Positions 47,646-52,767 of a stretch of 52,767 nt of DNA are shown here, piece after piece; position 1 is the first letter of the stretch; the number at the start of each line of letters is the position of its first letter. A model generated the notes under the pieces. That model saw only the letters and a program-made list of their open reading frames with translations, was not told where the DNA came from and did no database searches. Origin of the DNA: a virus (Duplodnaviria; Caudoviricetes); the IMG/VR virus record IMGVR_UViG_3300009499_000013, positions 1 through 52,767 of that record; one strand, 5' to 3'. Both the position numbers and the translations under genes were made by a program.

Positions 47646-47785
47646 TTTTAATCACTCCTGCTGTTCATCGACAGCACTGATGCCAGTTTGGTCATCGACA
47701 ATAACTATCCATCAGTCAACATTTTACAATCATCGACATAATGATATGCATGCTTAGCATGACTTCTGTGTGCGTATTATCTTAA

Positions 47786-48163
47786 TCACAGTTCTTCATT
47801 CACAAGCTGATGCAACGCATCGATGAATTTTGATGCATTTTCATGTACTGGCTCACCCTTTACGATAGGAATCGCCTTACCCTCGGGTGGTTGATGTGCC
47901 TGTGCAATCCTTGCCAAAAATGACCTGGGTGAGAATCGTTTTCCTCTAACCTCAATCGTTTCAACACGATTTGATTCAATCCAATCACGAAGTGCACGAA
48001 GCTCCATTGATTGTGGTCCCGGAATCGGTCTGTCCCATCTGTCTGTGAATGACACGTTCTTCGGGTCAAACTGGATGTGTGAATACATCTCAGAACGTGC
48101 CATCCCAGGATGCTTTTCGACAAGCATCGTTCTAATGATGTTTCGTAGTTGGCCTAATTTCAT
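47786..48163 (-). CDS. putative internal head protein
   Basis: N-terminal LGQLRNIIRTMLVE helix. Confidence 0.55.
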   Translation of the reverse strand: MKLGQLRNIIRTMLVEKHPGMARSEMYSHIQFDPKNVSFTDRWDRPIPGPQSMELRALRDWIESNRVETIEVRGKRFSPRSFLARIAQAHQPPEGKAIPIVKGEPVHENASKFIDALHQLVNEEL

Positions 48164-49860
48164 TTTTTGCCCTTCGAGCCGAGGTGCTTCAACAGCTCTT
48201 CCTCAGGAGATAATTTCTTTTTCTGCGCAGGTTCATAATCTTCAGGTGATAGAGACTGTATGAACTTCCTCATCTGTGCCATCTTCGACATCTCAATATC
48301 ATCTGTGCTGCCGTCGGCGTCATCGTCATCATCATCAAGACCAGAGGCTGACAGAGGTTCAGCCTCGAGCTGCTCAATGTCAGATGAACCAGCACGACGA
48401 ACCACAGCCTGATGACCACCATGAACAACGGGCGCCTTCTTTGCAAGCGTTGATTTCTCTTGAGGAGACATCACAACATGACGTTCGGCCTTGTCTGGCA
48501 TATCCCAACCAAGCTTAAAAAACAGCGCCTGGATGTCGTCGCCCTTCGGCCATGGAGAAGAACCATACACGCTCTTCTTTTCTGTTGAGCCACTCTCTTC
48601 AGCGGCCTTATTCAATCGTTTTTGCAATCCCATCGGAAGGTAGTAGGCAAGATAATGAACATCGTCGCCCGTGAACAGAGGCTTTCCGTCTGGTGAGTAT
48701 TGTAGCTTTGCCTTGCTCCATCCCTCGAGTTTTCGGCCTGCACTCTTATCAATGTACGACTTTTGTCCAACAGACGTTGCACCTGAAAGGCTTGACTTTG
48801 TATTAAAGATTGGTTCAGCAGAAGCCTTCGGCAATTGAAGAGGTTCTGCATCTGAAGAGCCTGCTTTTTCTGAGTCTACTGTTCCACCCAGGTGTGGGCT
48901 TTTTCCTGCTGATGATTGTGCGGGTTTTGAGCGATCGACGCTGTGTAGCGTCTGACCAGCGAGTGCATCTTTCTCTAGACCCTTTGTGAAACCAGGCGAA
49001 AGCGATGATGGAGCGTCAGCTTTTTCATAATGAACGATTTTCTCCATATGGAATCCATCGTTTTCCATCTTCTTGATTGCGTCAACAAGGGGTCCATATC
49101 CCTTTTCTTTGAGATTCTTAATGATTGTCTCTTTGTCTCCACCAGCAGAGACTATCGCACGGACACCTGACTGTGAACGAGGGGCGGGTGATTCACCATG
49201 TGGCGGACCTGAGCCCTGCCAGTCTGCGTATCCCATCTCCATTGCGACCTCACCCACAGCAACGTTCGGTACCTTTTGTCCAGGAAACTGTTTTTGGGGA
49301 GTGACACGATAATCACAACGTGCAGTCTGCTCGACGGAGACCCAACGCTCTTTTCCTGTGCTTGGGTCGGTCTTGAGTTCCCTTGCCCACTTATTATATG
49401 CCTCAGGACGTGCGCGCTTGCGACCAGGAGCTGGTTCTTCACCCGGCTCAACAATGTTGCCTGCATCATCTAGCCAGTATGCATTCTTAATGTCTTTCGG
49501 GTCGACGGTGTCATCAGCCAAGGGACACATGTACCACCTGACCATCCACCCATTATTGTTGATTTTTCCCTTCGACGTTAACTCTGTACTCTGTGATGTC
49601 GGTGGTATGACGCCCTTAAAGTTTTTCGCTATCTTTTCACGCTTTGCGTCTTCTGCTTCCTTCGTGCCGGGTTCGATTTTCGTTCGTTTAACGAGTTTCG
49701 GTTTCAAGGGAAGATGATGTCTTGGACAGAAAAACGTAGCTGCTTTATCCTCAATGGATTTCATGAAATCTGATTTTTCTTTCGGCTTCTCTTCAGCCTC
49801 AAGCAATTCTCTAACGTGCATGTGAATCACATCACGAATATTCATTTTCTTAAACTTCAT
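48160..49860 (-). CDS. putative internal head protein
   Basis: N-terminal IRDVIHMHVRELLE; K/P/G-rich low complexity. Confidence 0.6.
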   Translation of the reverse strand: MKFKKMNIRDVIHMHVRELLEAEEKPKEKSDFMKSIEDKAATFFCPRHHLPLKPKLVKRTKIEPGTKEAEDAKREKIAKNFKGVIPPTSQSTELTSKGKINNNGWMVRWYMCPLADDTVDPKDIKNAYWLDDAGNIVEPGEEPAPGRKRARPEAYNKWARELKTDPSTGKERWVSVEQTARCDYRVTPQKQFPGQKVPNVAVGEVAMEMGYADWQGSGPPHGESPAPRSQSGVRAIVSAGGDKETIIKNLKEKGYGPLVDAIKKMENDGFHMEKIVHYEKADAPSSLSPGFTKGLEKDALAGQTLHSVDRSKPAQSSAGKSPHLGGTVDSEKAGSSDAEPLQLPKASAEPIFNTKSSLSGATSVGQKSYIDKSAGRKLEGWSKAKLQYSPDGKPLFTGDDVHYLAYYLPMGLQKRLNKAAEESGSTEKKSVYGSSPWPKGDDIQALFFKLGWDMPDKAERHVVMSPQEKSTLAKKAPVVHGGHQAVVRRAGSSDIEQLEAEPLSASGLDDDDDDADGSTDDIEMSKMAQMRKFIQSLSPEDYEPAQKKKLSPEEELLKHLGSKGKK

Positions 49861-50978
49861 CTCTTGTGACCCTTCGTCGGTTTAACGCCTGCAAGTCGTG
49901 ACCTTATGACTGCATCTATGTTTCGCACGAAGCGTGCGTCTGTGGCATCTGTCGATGATTTAGCATGACGTACAGCAACAGCACGTAGTGCTTCTAGTTC
50001 ATTGATGTCCATCGACTCAAGGTCTGGCTTGATACCCTTCGCAATCTGTGCATTTCTAACAGCTGCTGAGGCTGCATGTGATGGAGAGCCACCTGGCCCT
50101 GAAGCTGCAGGTGTGCTTCCCATTATCTCAGGTTCTAGGATGCCTCCACCACCACCCCTGATACGAACTGATGGATTGTCCTCGAGTTCTGGCTTCTGTC
50201 CGTATTTCGTGGGTTCTTTTCGTGGAAAATCACCCTTATCACGTGGGTCGATGTATCCAAGCGCTTCTCTTTGTGCCCGTGTGAGTTCATCGACAGTGCG
50301 CCACGTACGTGGCTTTTCAGGAACGTAGTGTGGATTATCGATGAGCTTTCCTGTCTTTTGGTCTCGTATCTTTGGTTCGCCCTTCGGCGGAACACCAGCC
50401 CATACCATCATCCTTGCAGACGCCTGCTTCGGATGCAGCACAATGTATGGGCCCCTCATCTCAATGCGACCCTCTACTGGGATAGCGCCGAACGCCGCTG
50501 GATTGCGCTTCTTTAGGTCACTTGGTGTAATCTCAACACGTTTCGGCGGCATCACATACGGTGCCTGCCGTGATTGACCAGTGTAATCCTTCGTGATTGG
50601 CTTGACTGCAGGAGCCTGCTTGATTGCATGAACACCAGCACCTGGCTCTTTCATCTGTGGACGACGTTCGTCTGTATGGTATGACCTCAGCATCGTATCA
50701 ATACGTTCATCGTTTCGCATCTTAAATGCAGCATCAATCGATATCGGACGTTGACCAGAAAGACGTGCATATTCACGTGATGCAGCGTCAAAGGCGGCGA
50801 GCTGTTCAGGAGAGATGTCAGCTCCAGGCACGTAGCCATCGGGTATTGAGTGTAGCATCTTGTCAAGAGCGTCAGCCTTCTCAATGATTGATGACTCATC
50901 TGCAGCCTCAAGCATCAATAGGTTGCGAAGCATATTTCTGAATGAACTGACCCCGAGTCGTAGTTGTGCCATGGCCAA
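49857..50978 (-). CDS. putative internal head protein
   Basis: N-terminal FRNMLRNLLMLE; late-type TAGTTA upstream. Confidence 0.6.
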   Translation of the reverse strand: MAMAQLRLGVSSFRNMLRNLLMLEAADESSIIEKADALDKMLHSIPDGYVPGADISPEQLAAFDAASREYARLSGQRPISIDAAFKMRNDERIDTMLRSYHTDERRPQMKEPGAGVHAIKQAPAVKPITKDYTGQSRQAPYVMPPKRVEITPSDLKKRNPAAFGAIPVEGRIEMRGPYIVLHPKQASARMMVWAGVPPKGEPKIRDQKTGKLIDNPHYVPEKPRTWRTVDELTRAQREALGYIDPRDKGDFPRKEPTKYGQKPELEDNPSVRIRGGGGGILEPEIMGSTPAASGPGGSPSHAASAAVRNAQIAKGIKPDLESMDINELEALRAVAVRHAKSSTDATDARFVRNIDAVIRSRLAGVKPTKGHKR

Positions 50979-51010
50979 CCGATAACTATATGCGTATCGA
51001 TGTTAAAACG

Positions 51011-51352
51011 TCATCTAGATAGTCTAAGAACATCCTTAAATAAAAGCATAGATGATGCACGCATTGGACATCTTAATATCTGGCCCGCGTCATTAATGAG
51101 TGTGTAGTATCCATTTTTATCATCTATCGTCGACAGTAGCCACGGCCCATCACCCTCATCACCGAATCCATTCGTGATGTATACAGCGTCACCACGCTCG
51201 ATATCAGCGTTCATGTTCATCGACCTTCCGAAGTCTACGATGAAACGACGCATCTCCCAGAAGCGAGGTTGCACAAGGTCATCAACGGTCACATCACCCA
51301 GTCGAACATCATCATGAAGTCCTATCGTCGCGTATGTATTGACATCAATCAT
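51011..51352 (-). CDS. hypothetical protein
   Basis: TACAAT-N7-ATG promoter. Confidence 0.6.
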   Translation of the reverse strand: MIDVNTYATIGLHDDVRLGDVTVDDLVQPRFWEMRRFIVDFGRSMNMNADIERGDAVYITNGFGDEGDGPWLLSTIDDKNGYYTLINDAGQILRCPMRASSMLLFKDVLRLSR

Positions 51353-51562
51353 ATCGATGATTGTATCTTAGACGTATGTCATTGTTTCGACGATGATGCA
51401 GGACACAGCCAAGTCGATGATATGAAGGCTTCCATGGTATATCATTTCGATGCATTAGAGATGATTTGGTAGAACCGTCTGCTAAGCAACGACTATAATT
51501 TTGACTTAACAGCTTAAATCATCTTTCGTTTATTAAACACACTCAATTGTATTGATGCTATC

Positions 51563-52767
51563 TTATGAAACTGCCCCGCCAGCATTCGTCAGAACGAAAT
51601 CAATCGACACAACTTCGGCCGTTCTTGTGGGTTCGACATACACAACTCCACGGATAGTATTGTTTTCCACGTCTGCCTGTGTCGTCGTCGTAGTATCAAT
51701 CTTCACCTTGAAGCGATTGATACCCTGCTGCTCCTGTATTCTTGCAAGAATTGGAACAACCTGACCAGAGAACCTCGTGAGCGTGGCCTCCCTGTTGGGC
51801 TCAAAGAGCAATCCATTAACGACCTGCCTGACCTGACGACGCAAATCAATCATCAATCTTCTAACGTTGATTCTGTCGAGCGCAGATGCAGCAGCCTGCA
51901 ATGTCTTTTGACCCCAGATGACAACGCCATCAGAGCCAGGGAAGCTCACAATCGGATTGATGTGTGCATCCTGAAGGACATCCATGTTCTCCCTTAGAAG
52001 ACCCACAGCAGCCCTATCTGTCGTCTGTAGCGCACCGCGGGCATAACCAGCGGGTGCAAACCACGGATGTGCGACTGCATCATTCAGTGCCATGGCACCG
52101 AGAACGACGACAGACGGAGGAACCTCCGTCGGAAGCTGTGTGAATGGGTTCTGCATGATTGCATTCGGGAAGTAGCTAGCAGCAAAGTTGCTGTTGATAC
52201 CTCTGAGGCTAAAGTTTGTCGCAGTGTTCAAAACATTGATATCCTGCAACGAGCTTGTCACATCAACGTTCATGGTATCGACCTCCTCGATATCCATGAC
52301 ATACATCGCGTCGAACCTATCGCTTTCAACGGTCGTGATTGCAGCATCTGTCACAATCGGATGCCTGATGCCTGGGATTGCAAGAAGCTTGATATCAACA
52401 TCAACAACGCTACCCATGATGTTGAGCGCCGTCTTGTACGCCCTAACTGTTGGGCCCTGGTCCTGACCACGTGCAGAATCATTCATCTCCTGAACTATCG
52501 CAGTGTTCGTCAAGTCAGATGTATTCCTGTTGAAGATATTGACACCGTCAAATCCACCCTGGATGAAGAAGCTGAACTTATTTAGCGCTCGTGCTGTCTT
52601 CGAACCAAAATCGAGTGCAACATTGTATGCCCTTGTCTTGTTCGCTTCATTCGCGGCGATTAGACCGTTTCTAACGTATGACATCGATACCAGCTGCTTG
52701 GCGTCGATGATACCATCAGAACCCGTCCTGACCTGTATGCGGTCAAGTGCGAATAGGTTGTTATTGA
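51563..52767 (-). CDS. tail sheath protein (C-terminal part; begins outside window)
   Basis: LLAIPG, AASYFP, VPPS, PWFAPAG..RG, INPI, IWGQKTLQ, ALDRINVRRL, FEPN, PTRTAE. Confidence 0.95.
   Translation of the reverse strand, partial: NNNLFALDRIQVRTGSDGIIDAKQLVSMSYVRNGLIAANEANKTRAYNVALDFGSKTARALNKFSFFIQGGFDGVNIFNRNTSDLTNTAIVQEMNDSARGQDQGPTVRAYKTALNIMGSVVDVDIKLLAIPGIRHPIVTDAAITTVESDRFDAMYVMDIEEVDTMNVDVTSSLQDINVLNTATNFSLRGINSNFAASYFPNAIMQNPFTQLPTEVPPSVVVLGAMALNDAVAHPWFAPAGYARGALQTTDRAAVGLLRENMDVLQDAHINPIVSFPGSDGVVIWGQKTLQAAASALDRINVRRLMIDLRRQVRQVVNGLLFEPNREATLTRFSGQVVPILARIQEQQGINRFKVKIDTTTTTQADVENNTIRGVVYVEPTRTAEVVSIDFVLTNAGGAVS

Noticed and set aside
51366-51560. ncRNA or gene after the tail sheath
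   Set aside because: Only short broken frames and no convincing structure; possibly a decayed small ORF
1-52767. tRNA/rRNA genes and alternative genetic code
   Set aside because: No cloverleaf or T-loop patterns were seen by eye; genes are full length in code 11 and TAA, TAG and TGA all serve as stops

Overview
This window is part of a large contractile-tailed (T4-like or jumbo myovirus) phage genome, coded almost entirely on the minus strand. It holds nucleotide-metabolism genes (Thg1-like, Tmk, ThyX, class II RNR with an HNH-bearing intein, dUTPase) and replication/recombination genes (DnaB/gp41-like helicase, 5'-3' exonuclease, RecA/UvsX, gp32-like SSB, compact PolA). It also has an HD / ligase-like / 2H-phosphoesterase cluster and a tail module (sheath, tube, chaperone, tape measure, baseplate). 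Highlights: (1) the helicase gene is fractured by an atypically split intein (47-aa IntN, 149-aa IntC) with a free-standing Vsr-like endonuclease between the halves; (2) an array of about 8 coupled small paralogous ORFs lies behind an HTH gene and is cut by a 1.29-kb inversion whose reversal repairs two broken genes; (3) a tail-tube paralog carries a membrane anchor; (4) the tail chaperone probably uses a +1 programmed frameshift; (5) two promoter classes are visible, one apparently leaderless. All calls come from motifs read by eye; no database searches were run.
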